Source: an uncultured Nitrososphaerales archaeon (lineage in GTDB: Archaea > Thermoproteota > Nitrososphaeria > Nitrososphaerales > Nitrososphaeraceae). From it: a stretch of 43,931 nucleotides of DNA. Each line of letters begins with the position of its first letter. The stretch's first letter is position 1. Shown piece by piece: positions 1 to 11,256 of the stretch. The stretch spans positions 1-43,931 of the forward strand of contig CAVPXM010000083.1 in the NCBI GenBank assembly GCA_963709405.1. Direction: 5' to 3'. Made by a program: the position numbers and the translations under genes. The notes below the pieces were generated by a model. That model saw nothing but the letters and a program-made list of their open reading frames with translations, searched no databases and was not told the DNA's origin.

Positions 1-109
1 TGTCTAATAAGCATCAACGATCGTAAATGTATGGCATATATCCTCACACAGAGATTGGGAAATTAGGATAATACAGATCTAAACCTCGGGATAACCTTTA
101 ACAAGTCCT

Positions 110-354
110 AGGAAGCTTAAGTATAAATGAAAAGACAAAGAAAAGCGATGGCCATAATCAGCAACGTTACTGAACATGGATATCTGCTGGAAAAGGTCAT
201 ATGGATTTCGCGACAGGTATCATCTATATGTCTTGTCTTGGGACTAGTGAAAATAAGACTCATCGATATTGCAAAAGCAGCAGGTGTAACTGGAGATAAC
301 CGTAAAAAATAGATTTAAGAATCTTAAAGAAAAACTTCCTGAGGTAGATAATTG
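110..354 (+). pseudogene. tfb: Transcription initiation factor IIB (TFB), C-terminal cyclin-repeat remnant
   Basis: Joining frames gives SINEKTK/KAMAIISNVTEHG/SAGKGHMDFATGIIYMSCLGTSENKT/IDIAKAAGVTG/ITVKNRFKNLKEKL. This matches the TFB pattern GK.P.GLAA..LY.AC...GE..TQ..IA.AAGVTEVTIRNR. Several frameshifts; no N-terminus recognisable. Confidence 0.8.
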
Positions 355-580
355 AATCTGTTTTTAGTTAGATCTTTGATTAATTTATTGCTCATACTAA
401 GGACACATTCTCCAAGAAGTTCGGTTGGATGTCATAACATAGCATGTTTTTTTAGATGATTTAAATGGTCGTGTACAGTGTGACATAAAATCTGAATCTG
501 CTCTTAAGAAATTCCCAAACGGCAATTCTTTATTTGCTGATCATTCAAATTTTCCCAATGTCGATTATGGATCAAGATCT

Positions 581-1451
581 TTGAAAATGTTTACAATCCT
601 ATTATTTGTATCTTTCACTCTGTTATCAGCTGCAACATTTATTGATAGATTTGGAGCCTATGCTTTACCAGAGGGCGGTGGCCATCCAGGCTTCGGCAGT
701 CTACCTTCTCCGGGTGGTCTACCTTCTTTAGGCAGTCTACCCTCTCCGGGTAAGGGAGGTGCTTCTCATCTCAATTCTGTCAGTGGAGTGCACCCAGATA
801 ATGTTAAACCGAGCAAGATAAACCCAAACAATATCCCGAGTGGTAACGATCATAACATCAATCCAAATAAATGTCACATCCAAATAACATCAATCCAAAT
901 AATGCTCAATCAGAGCACATTGTACAGGTTTTGGCGTAGGTGCGAATCCATGTAATAAGCATGTTGATCCATGTCTGATTAATCCCTGTCCTATCAACCC
1001 TTGTGTCCTTAGTCCATGTCCTACTCCTGACGGAAAGGTTGTAGTAGGTACAAAATCTACTGTCAATTCATATAGTTCTTCTCCAATAATAGTTAGTGAG
1101 GAACAAAGTACTTCCACGATTACAAATAATGCAAACAATAATCAAGAACAGAAATCAAGTTCTGAAAGTATCCCTATTGCTGATGCTGGTTCTGACAAAA
1201 AGGTACATTCTTTGAATCACGTCACATTAGATGGGAGTAAAAGTTACGATCCAGATGGAAAGAAAATAACCTATTCTTGGCTACAACTAGCAGGAGGCCC
1301 GATTGTATTATTATCAAACGATAATAGCGTTAAACCTACATTTGAAGCGCCACAGGTTACCGAATCCACCACTTTAACATTTCAGTTGATAGTAAATAAT
1401 AATAATGCTGTCAGTAATCCTTCCTATGTACCCGTTACTGTTGAACCTTAG
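581..1451 (+). pseudogene. Frameshifted secreted protein: signal peptide, Pro/Gly repeats, (N/S/D)PC repeats, C-terminal PKD/REJ-like Ig domain
   Basis: Hydrophobic N-terminus and LPSxGxLPS repeats. After a frame change near 870-920 the frame of ORF 1212 reads NPCNKHVDPCLINPCPINPCVLSPCPTP...PIADAGSDKKVHSLNHVTLDGSKSYDPDGKKITYSWLQ, a typical PKD-like signature. Confidence 0.7.
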
Positions 1452-1728
1452 TTGAGTACATGTACGTTTCAAATCCCTTTGTTAATATCTTTCAATTTTT
1501 ACTGAATCTTGTTTTATATTCGGAGTATGTCATAATTTGAAGTATAGCACTGATCCTATTTATCTAACAAAATTTAAGTGACTCTTTTGACATCAAAGAT
1601 GACCCTAGCTAAATAGAGGGCATTAGAAAATAGTTGATTCATTATACCTTTTCTGTTATTTTATACTATTTAAAAGGAACTTTCATTACATATTTGAAGT
1701 CATCTTCGAGAGAAGCTCATAATATTTT

Positions 1729-2673
1729 TTATTTGACGCCTACAACTTCTAGATAATACTGTTCCTTATCAATTTTTTCTGGTTTGACGCCTTCAATATC
1801 AGTCAGATCTTGCATTATTCCTTTTCTTCTCTCTATCCTTCCATTCGGTAACTTGACTATGCCATTAATAAAACCACTGCTACCACATATAGGATTGAAA
1901 ACTGTATTAGTATTTCTGTGATATTTTGAGAGAGTTTTTTCTTTGGTTCCGTCTGGACCTTCAAAGAATCTTCCATTCCTATATATAACTCTGGGATGAT
2001 TAGATGATAATATTTCACTATCTCTCGTGAAGGTAAAGATGATTTTAAAAGTTGCAATTTTCTTTGCCATACTAATTAACCAATTGTAATAAATTACGTT
2101 CAAAAAGGTTCTATTATCTTGCCTATTTGTAATGTATAGAGTTGGATTGCTATAGAATAGTGTAAGATTAATGTCAGAATTCTCAGAATCCTCCAGATAT
2201 TGAATCAAACATCTGGCAGATTCTATTCCATTGGCGCCTGACCAGTAGGCAATATCGTTTTCCATTCCAGCTGCAATCTTCCATAAAAAATGATTCTTTG
2301 CTGGATTTACTCGCACATCTATCTTATCACCAATTTTGATCTGTTCGAGGAAATAAGCTGCAAAACCGTCAGCCTTCCCAGTTGCAGGATTAATATAACC
2401 ATATGGCTTTTCATCTTTGATTGTCAATTCAATCAAATCCCTAGTTGGAGATGATGCTATGGAATATGCTCGCTCAACAAAGCCCTCTTCGAATTTGCCC
2501 GATGTTATAGGTCTTCTAAGGCATGCGCGAACAGTTACTGACTGGCCTACACTAAAACTAAACCTCTGAGAGTCAGAGTTGGGGGAAAAAGAAAATGTGT
2601 ATGTATCAGGTGTTTCCATTACTTTATCAACTACTTGCCATTTATAATGTTCTCCTGATCCTTTAGATGACAC
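1729..2673 (-). CDS. FAD-binding ferredoxin-NADP reductase-like oxidoreductase
   Basis: ETPDTYTFSF, F..GQ, FAD-binding RAYSIASSP, LFYSN and ICGSSGF motifs; intact 314 aa. Confidence 0.8.
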   Translation of the reverse strand: MSSKGSGEHYKWQVVDKVMETPDTYTFSFSPNSDSQRFSFSVGQSVTVRACLRRPITSGKFEEGFVERAYSIASSPTRDLIELTIKDEKPYGYINPATGKADGFAAYFLEQIKIGDKIDVRVNPAKNHFLWKIAAGMENDIAYWSGANGIESARCLIQYLEDSENSDINLTLFYSNPTLYITNRQDNRTFLNVIYYNWLISMAKKIATFKIIFTFTRDSEILSSNHPRVIYRNGRFFEGPDGTKEKTLSKYHRNTNTVFNPICGSSGFINGIVKLPNGRIERRKGIMQDLTDIEGVKPEKIDKEQYYLEVVGVK

Positions 2674-3014
2674 TCTGATCTTCTCACTATTCTATTTTGT
2701 CTTTATAATATAAACGCGTCTTTGTTATCTCAAGATTTTGATTGTATTTCTATGACATTTCATGTGCATTTCGCTGGGTTGGTACTATGATATCTGATGG
2801 GTCAATCTTTGTGATGATTGATATAAAGATAATAAGTAAATAAATTAAGACATGGGATTTTAAGATAAGAATGAAAAACTGAAGATGCATATAAAATTTG
2901 GAGGGCTAGTGACACAGAAAGAAATGAGGTATAAAGACCGGCAGACTTCGAACTATGCTGATGATAGCATAAATATGATAATATATCACACCATGAAGTA
3001 AACTATGAGGGATC

Positions 3015-3212
3015 CTATATCAGATCCTTAGCTAGATGATCGCTATATCCTTCGACTTTAGGTCTAATTTTTACTTTTTTAACTACTTTATCGCCATTGT
3101 CTGACCAACACACTATGCCGTCGCATTGTCTACAGCGATAAATGATACGAGACGATGATATCTTTATAGGTTCTAATACCTTAACAGACCATCGATCACA
3201 ATTACACTCCAT
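3015..3212 (-). CDS. Small putative zinc-ribbon protein
   Basis: CNC...YRCRQCDG pattern; ATG start preceded by an AT-rich TATA-like stretch. Confidence 0.5.
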   Translation of the reverse strand: MECNCDRWSVKVLEPIKISSSRIIYRCRQCDGIVCWSDNGDKVVKKVKIRPKVEGYSDHLAKDLI

Positions 3213-3731
3213 ATTTTCGAAGTTCGTATAATTATATTACTATTTACAGTAGTTAAAAACTATTCTCCTGCGTAAGATGTAAGTTGAGATAAAATCATAA
3301 AATCATGTACGTGTCCTAAACATTTGAATTCGCATATTGTAGTTCACAGTAACCTTTATCATTAGTAGTAGTTTCTCACTGTATGGATACTCCGCAACTT
3401 CTAAACCATTAAGAACCAACTCAATATCTATGCACAGATTATGGATATAATTACGACGACATCACCTTAACGATAGTATTAATTGAATCTGAAGGTATAG
3501 ATGATCTATCTGGGTAATCGTTTCATATTGATCCGTTTTCTATTTGCATCTTATGGGATACTTCTATTTTGTACATCTAAGTGTTTCAAAAAGTACAATA
3601 AATTCGGCAAAGTTCGTGATCTACTCCTACCCATACGTATAGTTCCGACTATATGACACGGTTATGGTATACAAGTAAGCATATTATTAATGCTAGTGAA
3701 CAGTTACAATCGATTGACTTGTTGTACATCA

Positions 3732-4028
3732 CTATTTACAATCTTTTCTGCACTTCTCTAGGCCGCTGCTTGTTAACCTTACTTCACTGGCAGATACGAC
3801 TTCAACAAGTCCTTCTGTTTTCAACTTTCGTATAATCTCATTTACCGCTTGAAATCCGTAGGATGGTCTTTCATACGCCCCAGTACTAACTGCGTGAAAA
3901 TATACATCCATAGTTTTGTGAGTCTTATTCGTATCTCCTAATGTAGTTTGATATAAGAAACAGATGAATTTCATTGAATACCTTTCTAACTCATCATGTG
4001 TTAGAAGTGATGACATTTTAGTATGCAC
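3732..4028 (-). CDS. Hypothetical protein, winged-helix-like C-terminus
   Basis: IIRKLKTEGLVE...VRLTSSG resembles a wHTH recognition helix plus wing. Confidence 0.5.
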   Translation of the reverse strand: MHTKMSSLLTHDELERYSMKFICFLYQTTLGDTNKTHKTMDVYFHAVSTGAYERPSYGFQAVNEIIRKLKTEGLVEVVSASEVRLTSSGLEKCRKDCK

Positions 4029-4295
4029 CTTATTTGTTGAATTTACTAATAAATGATATGTTTATGTCGGATCTGATCTTTATTTATAAAGATCAGAGCA
4101 TTAATATTGCGAGAATTTCCCTTATGCACTAACTAACATATGTTACTGCATTTAACTATTGCTTTTGTAATTGTATGAAGATCTAAATAGAAGTCAATTG
4201 TGACATGGCTCATTTTCTTCCAATACTAGTTCAATAGATCAAAGTCGAGCTTCAAAATACTCTTAAGTCGTTGTTGGGCTAATATTCACTATATC

Positions 4296-4751
4296 ATGGA
4301 CGGCTTTATACTGAGTGAAGATGAAGGTCCAAAAATTAACTTTCATGGTACCAGGATGGTAATCAAGGTTTCTGAGAGAGATTGCGAGGGAAGATATTCA
4401 TTAATAGAAATGAATCATCTAGCCAATTCTGGTCCTGCCCTTCATATTCATCCAAACGCGCCCGAGGCATACTATGTTCTTGAAGGAGATTATACTATAC
4501 AATTTGGTGAAAACATCCGTGATGCTCACGTAGGCGATTTTGTGTTTATTCCGAAAGGCATTCCACACAAATACAAGTCTGGCCCAAATGGTGGAAAGTT
4601 GATTGTCATTGCACCTGCGGGATTAGAGAAATATTTTAAAGAAGTAGCTGATACGATTCGATTCAGTGGACAGATAACGTGGAAATCAGAGCAGGAAATT
4701 GCAACCCGCTATGGTCAAGAATTTCTTGATAGCCTCAATCATTGGGGATAA
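4296..4751 (+). CDS. Cupin domain protein (quercetin dioxygenase-like)
   Basis: GPALHIHPNAPEAYYVLEG and GDFVFIPKGIPH cupin motifs. Confidence 0.9.
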   Translation: MDGFILSEDEGPKINFHGTRMVIKVSERDCEGRYSLIEMNHLANSGPALHIHPNAPEAYYVLEGDYTIQFGENIRDAHVGDFVFIPKGIPHKYKSGPNGGKLIVIAPAGLEKYFKEVADTIRFSGQITWKSEQEIATRYGQEFLDSLNHWG

Positions 4752-4986
4752 TAATTTAAGAATAAGAATGATGTTCTTAACAGGTATTTTCACGAATTAA
4801 TTGATAACAATCTTTCAATTGCAGCCAAACACAGTAAATTAAAGGGATTGTGATAATCATTAAATTTTTAATGAACAATTTTCTATACATATTTATCATA
4901 AATCTGTCACTGAAAACGCCTAGGCCTATTTTTATATTTTTTTATTTTAAACCTACCTTTCTAAAACTGATACATGAAAGGAGACT

Positions 4987-5031
4987 CTGCAAAGCCTGAA
5001 GTTACTGCAGTTACTGCAGTAACTGCAAGAG
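4987..5031. repeat. Five degenerate 9-bp tandem units (CTGCAGTTA-like) containing a perfect 22-bp palindrome at 5006-5027
   Basis: Units ctgcaaagc/ctgaagtta/ctgcagtta/ctgcagtaa/ctgcaagag. TGCAGTTACTGCAGTAACTGCA equals its own reverse complement. Confidence 0.9.
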
Positions 5032-5069
5032 TGACTGTATTCATTATAATAGAAAAAAAGAACATTCTT

Positions 5070-5076
5070 GGAGGTG
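5070..5076 (+). promoter_or_regulatory. Shine-Dalgarno GGAGGTG for the TTG start at 5084
   Basis: GGAGGTG ends 7 nt before the TTG. Confidence 0.65.
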
Positions 5077-5083
5077 GGTACCT

Positions 5084-6124
5084 TTGAAGAAAAAAGGCTG
5101 GCATTGTCCTTATTGTTCGCAAATTTGCGCAAGACATTGGAATATGAAGGTACATATTCATAGAAAACATCAAGGAATAGGGGAACCAGTTGAAGCTCCC
5201 TACAACTCGGTCTTTATTCCAAACATGACCTCCCTACAGAATAAGAGCGATTATTTTAAACACAAGATGGTTTTTCCTCTCGATGGACAAACAAAAAGGC
5301 AAGAATCCGATAGAAAAGATCGGCTTTACGAAAATAGGCATTTTCTGGCTGAACACAGTGAATACCTTCGAGATATATTAGAAATGAAAAATTTGATAAA
5401 CAGAGTACAAGATGACAGACAAAGAATAAGTGCAAACGACATGGCCTTTATCACTGCAGCCCTTTCTGCAGCAGTTCAATCGAAAAAATTCCGTCCGTCT
5501 CAAAGCGTTGCAGATAGCAAGAATAAACCTCTTGGATTTTGCATCAATGTTTGTGACAAATGCTTACGCAGTATACTCATGCCGATATTGCCTGACGATT
5601 TTCTTAGAATGAAATTTTCCGTCAAAGTTGAACATACCATTTGTTCTGAAGAGGACATTAGCAAGATAAATTATTTAATTGAAAATCAGAAAATAGAGGA
5701 TATTCCAACTGAGGTCAAAAAAATTCACGGCAGACTACTTAACCTTCTAACTGAAATTGTGTACTCGTGGGCTGGCAAAGATGACATAGGGTTGTATGGT
5801 ATAGAAGCGTCTTCAAATATATTCACTCACGAATTTAGAGATAATAACGCGAGTATTACGCAAATATTGGATATATTAGCATCTCCTTGGATCGAAGGAA
5901 ACGCTGTAGACCTTGGTCATGTAAAAAACGGCCATTGGGCATTTAAACTGATTAAACAAAACTATAAAATGGCAATAATTAACAAGGATGAATTGAGAGA
6001 ATTTCTCAATACTAGTAACTCCACTCTTAGGGCCTTTAGGGCTCAGATACAAGAAGATGATAATGTTGTTACACGGTATTTTCATGTGATATGTATGCCA
6101 ACAAGCTTAGTAAACGGCGAGTGA
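5084..6124 (+). CDS. C2H2 zinc-finger-containing hypothetical protein
   Basis: N-terminal WHCPYC-x12-HIHRKH finger followed by GIGEPV; internal CDKC; intact 346 aa. Confidence 0.8.
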   Translation: MKKKGWHCPYCSQICARHWNMKVHIHRKHQGIGEPVEAPYNSVFIPNMTSLQNKSDYFKHKMVFPLDGQTKRQESDRKDRLYENRHFLAEHSEYLRDILEMKNLINRVQDDRQRISANDMAFITAALSAAVQSKKFRPSQSVADSKNKPLGFCINVCDKCLRSILMPILPDDFLRMKFSVKVEHTICSEEDISKINYLIENQKIEDIPTEVKKIHGRLLNLLTEIVYSWAGKDDIGLYGIEASSNIFTHEFRDNNASITQILDILASPWIEGNAVDLGHVKNGHWAFKLIKQNYKMAIINKDELREFLNTSNSTLRAFRAQIQEDDNVVTRYFHVICMPTSLVNGE

Positions 6125-6259
6125 CGGAATGGCTCGAACTCGACCTGGCTCACAGAATCAAGGATTTAAAGAAGAATAGAGAGGAGTTAGTCTTTGGGCA
6201 CGGCCGAACACATTCATTATTTAATCAATCAGTTAATCAATCTACCACGAGCCTATGTC

Positions 6260-7117
6260 TCATTTCAAAAAATCTGATAAAGTAGTTTGTTTTGTATTAC
6301 TAGATAGTGCTTCCTTTTCTTCTGCCTGAGACACTTCAACATCATTCCATGCCACATCTGACAAATCCAACATTTTTCTGAATGTGTTAGCTGTTCCAGG
6401 ACCAAAGCCCGCATAATGATTATTTGCTGCTACTATTGCTAGATTAAGCCTTCCTCCTTGTTCTTCTCTGGCTCTCTTCAGAAATCTAGCCCATTTCTTC
6501 ATCTCTGAAATTCTGTCTTTTTGTATCTTTCCAAAATCTTTTTCTTGTATGGTTCTATCTCCAATGAATCTAACATACAGAAAGTCTGTTGTAACTACAG
6601 GTGGAGTTCTTATGCCGGCAAGCAGACTCCAGACCATACAAATATTGTTATTTGCAAAAAAACTATAAGCCAGATCCTGAAACCACGAGCTGTCTCTAAC
6701 TTCCACAGCATATCTGAATCTTTTATCTAATTCAGGTATGATATCTCTCAAACGATTCATGCCTTCAACTATACCCATCGAGGGAGGTAACTGTATCACT
6801 AATGCTAAAATTTTTTCTTCAATATGAACCATGGAAGAAAAGAATAGTTCTAGTTCTTTTTCTACATCTTTTAGCCTTTTATCATGAGTTATGACTTTTG
6901 GAAATTTGGCAGCAAATCTAAAATGGTGAGGAGTCTTTTTACACCAATTTTTTACTGTAAATGTATTAGGAATTCTGTAGAAAGAAGAATCAATTTCGAC
7001 AAAGTCAAAGACTTGAGAATAATAACTTAGCCACTTGGAATTTTCTAGATTGAGAGGATAAAATGGTCCTTGCCATGCTGAATAACTCCATCCAGAGCAG
7101 CCAATATGGTATTGCAA
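6260..7117 (-). CDS. DUF72 (YecE/UPF0759) protein with C-terminal PIP-box-like motif
   Basis: IGCSGWSY, VEIDSSFY, KFPKVITH, QLPPS, EVRDSSW, YVRFIG, NNHYAG; C-terminus QTTLSDFLK. Confidence 0.92.
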   Translation of the reverse strand: MQYHIGCSGWSYSAWQGPFYPLNLENSKWLSYYSQVFDFVEIDSSFYRIPNTFTVKNWCKKTPHHFRFAAKFPKVITHDKRLKDVEKELELFFSSMVHIEEKILALVIQLPPSMGIVEGMNRLRDIIPELDKRFRYAVEVRDSSWFQDLAYSFFANNNICMVWSLLAGIRTPPVVTTDFLYVRFIGDRTIQEKDFGKIQKDRISEMKKWARFLKRAREEQGGRLNLAIVAANNHYAGFGPGTANTFRKMLDLSDVAWNDVEVSQAEEKEALSSNTKQTTLSDFLK

Positions 7118-7434
7118 GTATGATGACGTAATTTAAAATGACATAATCTTGGATAAAGATTGTGAAGCTTTTATAGTCTTTTAATTGACATCTTTTGTAT
7201 ATTTTGTTAATCACAACCCGTCAACACTCGAGCCACATAAGTTGGTATTCTCAAAGAAGCAAATGCTATCTAATTTAAACCCACTGTAATTAACCTATTT
7301 CGATGTCAATTTATTTCAGCATTATAAACAGCTGAGGATAATAATATCTGAAAGCATCAAAAAAGAAATTACTATGAATAAATGAATAAATGATATAACT
7401 AGCATACAACAATATTATTTTGTATACATAAGGC

Positions 7435-8340
7435 ATGCGAGGAAATCTTCTTTTGGGTTGCTCTGGTTGGAATTATCCCGATACTGCTAGTAAGGGTGGA
7501 TGGACTGAGATTTTCTATCCTGATAAAGAAACAAAGAGATTACGCTACTACTCCCAATTCTTTGATACCGCAGAAATGGATTCTACCTTTTACAACAGAT
7601 TCTATTCCAAAATGACAAAAGGTACTTTCATAGGAATGGCAAAAGCTACCACAGAGAAATTCCAGTTTTCAATTAAAGTACCTGAAACAATAACTCATGA
7701 TAAAAGATTAAACATTGATAAGGGTGCAATTACAGATTTTGAAGAATTCTTAGACAAAATATCACCATTAAAGGAGGCTAATAAACTTGGAGCAATACTA
7801 ATTCAACTCCCCCCAAGCTTTACAGTTAATGAATTTAAGGACATAGAATCTTTTCTCAAAAGATTGCCTAGGGTTAACTCCAATAATTACAATTATCAAT
7901 ATGCTATTGAATTCAGACATCCATCATGGAAGACTGAAGGACCTTGGGAAATGTTAAAGCATTATAATATTGCCGCAGTAATTACAGATTCACCTGCAAA
8001 GGAAAATTTGCAATTCTTGTCTGATGTCGTAATAACTGCAGATCACTCATTTGTGAGATTCCACGGTAGAAATACTAAAGACCATTATTGGTATAATTAT
8101 TTGTACTCACAACAGGAACTCGAACCTTGGGTTGACAAGATCAACGAAATTAGGAATCAAACCAAAATACTAAGAATCTATTTTAATAATCACTACGGTG
8201 GAAGTGCAGTCGTAAACGCAATGCAGTTCAAGGAAATGGTGACTGGGACAAATTTGTCTAAAAGTGAACGAGAAGTATTGAAACACGCAGAAGAATATAT
8301 TGTAGAACAGAAACAACAGTTGAAACTAGACCATGTATGA
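7435..8340 (+). CDS. DUF72 (YecE/UPF0759) protein
   Basis: LGCSGWNY, EMDSTFY, KVPETITH, QLPPSF, EFRHPSW, RFHGRN, YFNNHY. Confidence 0.92.
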   Translation: MRGNLLLGCSGWNYPDTASKGGWTEIFYPDKETKRLRYYSQFFDTAEMDSTFYNRFYSKMTKGTFIGMAKATTEKFQFSIKVPETITHDKRLNIDKGAITDFEEFLDKISPLKEANKLGAILIQLPPSFTVNEFKDIESFLKRLPRVNSNNYNYQYAIEFRHPSWKTEGPWEMLKHYNIAAVITDSPAKENLQFLSDVVITADHSFVRFHGRNTKDHYWYNYLYSQQELEPWVDKINEIRNQTKILRIYFNNHYGGSAVVNAMQFKEMVTGTNLSKSEREVLKHAEEYIVEQKQQLKLDHV

Positions 8341-9305
8341 CAACGTTCTTAGATGGTATATCTGAGTTGATATTGATATTACAATCTCTGCAATCATAAT
8401 GGAACTAATATTAATGTCACACTCGATTATTTTGCTCCTATTAGTCTATCGCCCATAGTTCATGTGAAGATAAGCATATACTAGCCGAGATCATTTTCGT
8501 CGTATTACAATCTTACCATTGTGCTCCGAACCTAGTGGCTTCACTATGAGCGCCCCTCCGATTAGTAAAATGAATTGGAAGCTAGACGAGGCTAATGTAT
8601 TTGATTGCGTAGTCACAAGAGAACATCTTTTAATGCTAAGGAGACAAGAACAATAAAAAATGAATAGTACTCTGGCTGACCAGGCTCCAGAGTTGCAGTA
8701 TAGTATTGCTCAGGTCCATAATGAGTGGGGTGCAACAGAATACCTTGATCAGCAACTCAGCCAGATCCACCTCCAGATGTTATTGATCTCGAATTTGCAC
8801 TTGGGACGAAGGCGAGGATGAGGATGTAGGAGGTCTCAGCGCATATTCTAACGAAGGCCTACGTTCCGTATTTACTAAAGAGCCAAATTTCGTCAGCAAA
8901 CTCCAACGATTGGAGAAAGATATCTTCATAGCTTCAGGAACGGGATGACGAGCTTAACGTAATCCGATAATCTTTAACTGACTTTTCTAAAAACATCGAG
9001 TAAATCATCAGAAAAATCATATTCTCTCTCTATTCAGACTGTACCTCTAGATAATGGTGTTTTCAACGATATTAAGAGCTTGTCGGCTGAACTATAAATT
9101 GCTACGATATCTTTTATCAGTCAAGATGGTGATTAACTGTACCAAAATTGAGATTAACAGACATTAACAAACGAACCTTGATAATATATCTTGTTAACAT
9201 TGGCTTTATCTATGAAAAAACATACTGTTCTAGTATATGCTAATGGTACATCAAGTTCATAACTGCAAGACAAGAAAACTCATAACTACCTCAGTGTAAA
9301 GACGA

Positions 9306-11059
9306 ATGTTGGATACAATAATACTAGGAACCGTAGCAAAATCTAGGAATACAACTTCTGTTCTCGTATTATTAGCCGTACAAATTACTGCATTGTTTAT
9401 AGTGTCAGTACTTTTGATTGGCTTATCACAGCACTTGTATGCTCAGACTAGTAATACGTCTAGCACTAGCGTGATCTTTCATACAATCAGCGGCGTACTC
9501 CCAAATCTGTGGGGTTATTTTCATCAGACTCTAAACCATACAATTTGACATTCGGAGAATGGACTGCTCGATGGTGGCAATGGGGTTACTCTATACCAAA
9601 AAATATCAATCCTGCATATGATGATAATGGCAGACTTTGCGTTCAAAAACAAAGTGGCCCAGTGTGGTTCTTAGCTGGTACGTACGGTCATCCTGTAGTT
9701 CGTCTTTGTGATATTCCTTCAGGAAAAGCAATCTTACTGCCCATATTAAACTCTGAATGCTCTTTTGCGGAATTTCCCAAGCTTAAGACATTATCTGAAT
9801 TGCGTACATGTGCCAAAACTATTCAGGACCAGGTGATTAAAGTTAACGCAAGTGTTGATGGAGTGCCTCTCTCCCACTTAGAAAAATACCGCGTCGAATC
9901 GCCACCATTCAATTTTACTCTACCTCAAGGAAATATTCTTGGACTAGCGGCTAACACTAGTACACAGGCGATAGCAGATGGTAACTGGGTTTTCTTAAAA
10001 CCACTTTCTCCTGGCATTCATAAAATAATCTTTAAAGGTGAGGTACAGCCAAAAACAGAAGGAAACTCAGATAATACTATTGATTCTTTTGCGTTTCCCT
10101 CAGGATGGGATTTTGAAACAATCTATAACTTGACAGTGAAAAATACAACAAATGCCTATCACTTTCCGAATCAAAGCTCAATAATCGAGCGACAAAATAC
10201 AATCGTAAGAGCTGCCCAAACCAATATCGCAAAACTATTAGCTGATATGGTTGGAAATGCTTTGCACCATGCAGTTAGCCTTTTGGATATGACGAATAAA
10301 GAGCCCGCTGTACAAAATGTATCTTTTGCAAATTTCATAACCAAAAAGTACATGGGAATTCCAGCTAGTATGGATTTAGCAAAAAGAAAAGTAGCTCAAG
10401 ATATCTTGGCAAGAGATAAGGATTTCGGAAGTATATACTTTCTGACTCCAGATGCCAACGTATACATGGGCGAGCCATTCCCTGACCAAAAACAACTTCC
10501 AAAGCTAAATTATGCGGACAGAGATTGGTATAAGGGAGTAAAGGCAACTAATAATACATACATAAGTGCAGTCTTTATGTCAGCCTCGATTCATAGTCCA
10601 GCAACGGCAATAGCTGTTCCAGTATACAGTGTTCAAAAAACTGATGCTTACTCTTACGATAATGGTAATAAAACTAATAAAGTTATTTCAGGATATTGGG
10701 TAGGAATATTGGATCTACGCAGCATACTACAGAGTATAAGAAACTTGAATCTCACGAATGATGAAAGGGTTATTGTAGTTGATCATAATGGTTCAGCAAT
10801 AGTAGATTTTTCTCCGTCTTCTGCTACAAATGATAATGCATCATCATCCTCATCTAAATTAAAGGATTTTAGTTATCTTAAAAGTACAAAGGCTCTGATA
10901 CAAGGAAATGCAGGATCATTAATCGAGACACTTAATGGTACAAAGAAATTGATGGTTTATCAACCGATTCAAATAGGTAATCGCTTCTGGGGAGTTATTC
11001 TAATTGATCCAGTCTCGAAATCATCCTCGTTTGTAGATATTCGTAACAGGGTAACGTAA
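9306..11059 (+). CDS. Exported protein: conserved 'WWQW' domain fused to a dCache sensory domain (one frameshift near 9470-9510)
   Basis: ORF 9306 supplies a TM/signal segment ending YAQ. ORF 9509 has PYNLTFGEWTARWWQW...GPVWFLAG...GNWVFLKPLSPG, then Cache motifs YADRDWYKG, YISAVF, AIAVPV and VVDHNG. Confidence 0.7.
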
Positions 11060-11099
11060 CAAAAAAGTTCAAAGGCTACTAACATTCTTTCTAAAAATA

Positions 11100-11256
11100 G
11101 GTGGTATTCTTCACAAGAATAATGCCACGTCAACTTATCACCAATCCTTTACCCCTTGACTCCCCGACTCCCATACCCTTCCATGTCACGATCTCTCCAT
11201 CCTTGGTAGCTAATACTGCTTGTCCCTCAGCATAAATCGATCCATTAGGACCTCCA
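11100..11256 (-). pseudogene. Fragment of a conserved thaumarchaeal-type hypothetical protein
   Basis: Minus strand reads GGPNGSIYAEGQAVLATKDGEIVTWKGMGVGESRGKGLVIS*RGI, with an in-frame TGA where Trp is expected; no start codon seen. Confidence 0.5.

Noticed and set aside
127-312. 61-aa ORF as a stand-alone gene
   Set aside because: It is a mixed-frame reading of the TFB remnant.
8520-8960. GC-richer intergenic stretch with a 53-aa ORF at 8660
   Set aside because: No recognisable motif in any frame; probably a decayed gene, but I cannot support a call.
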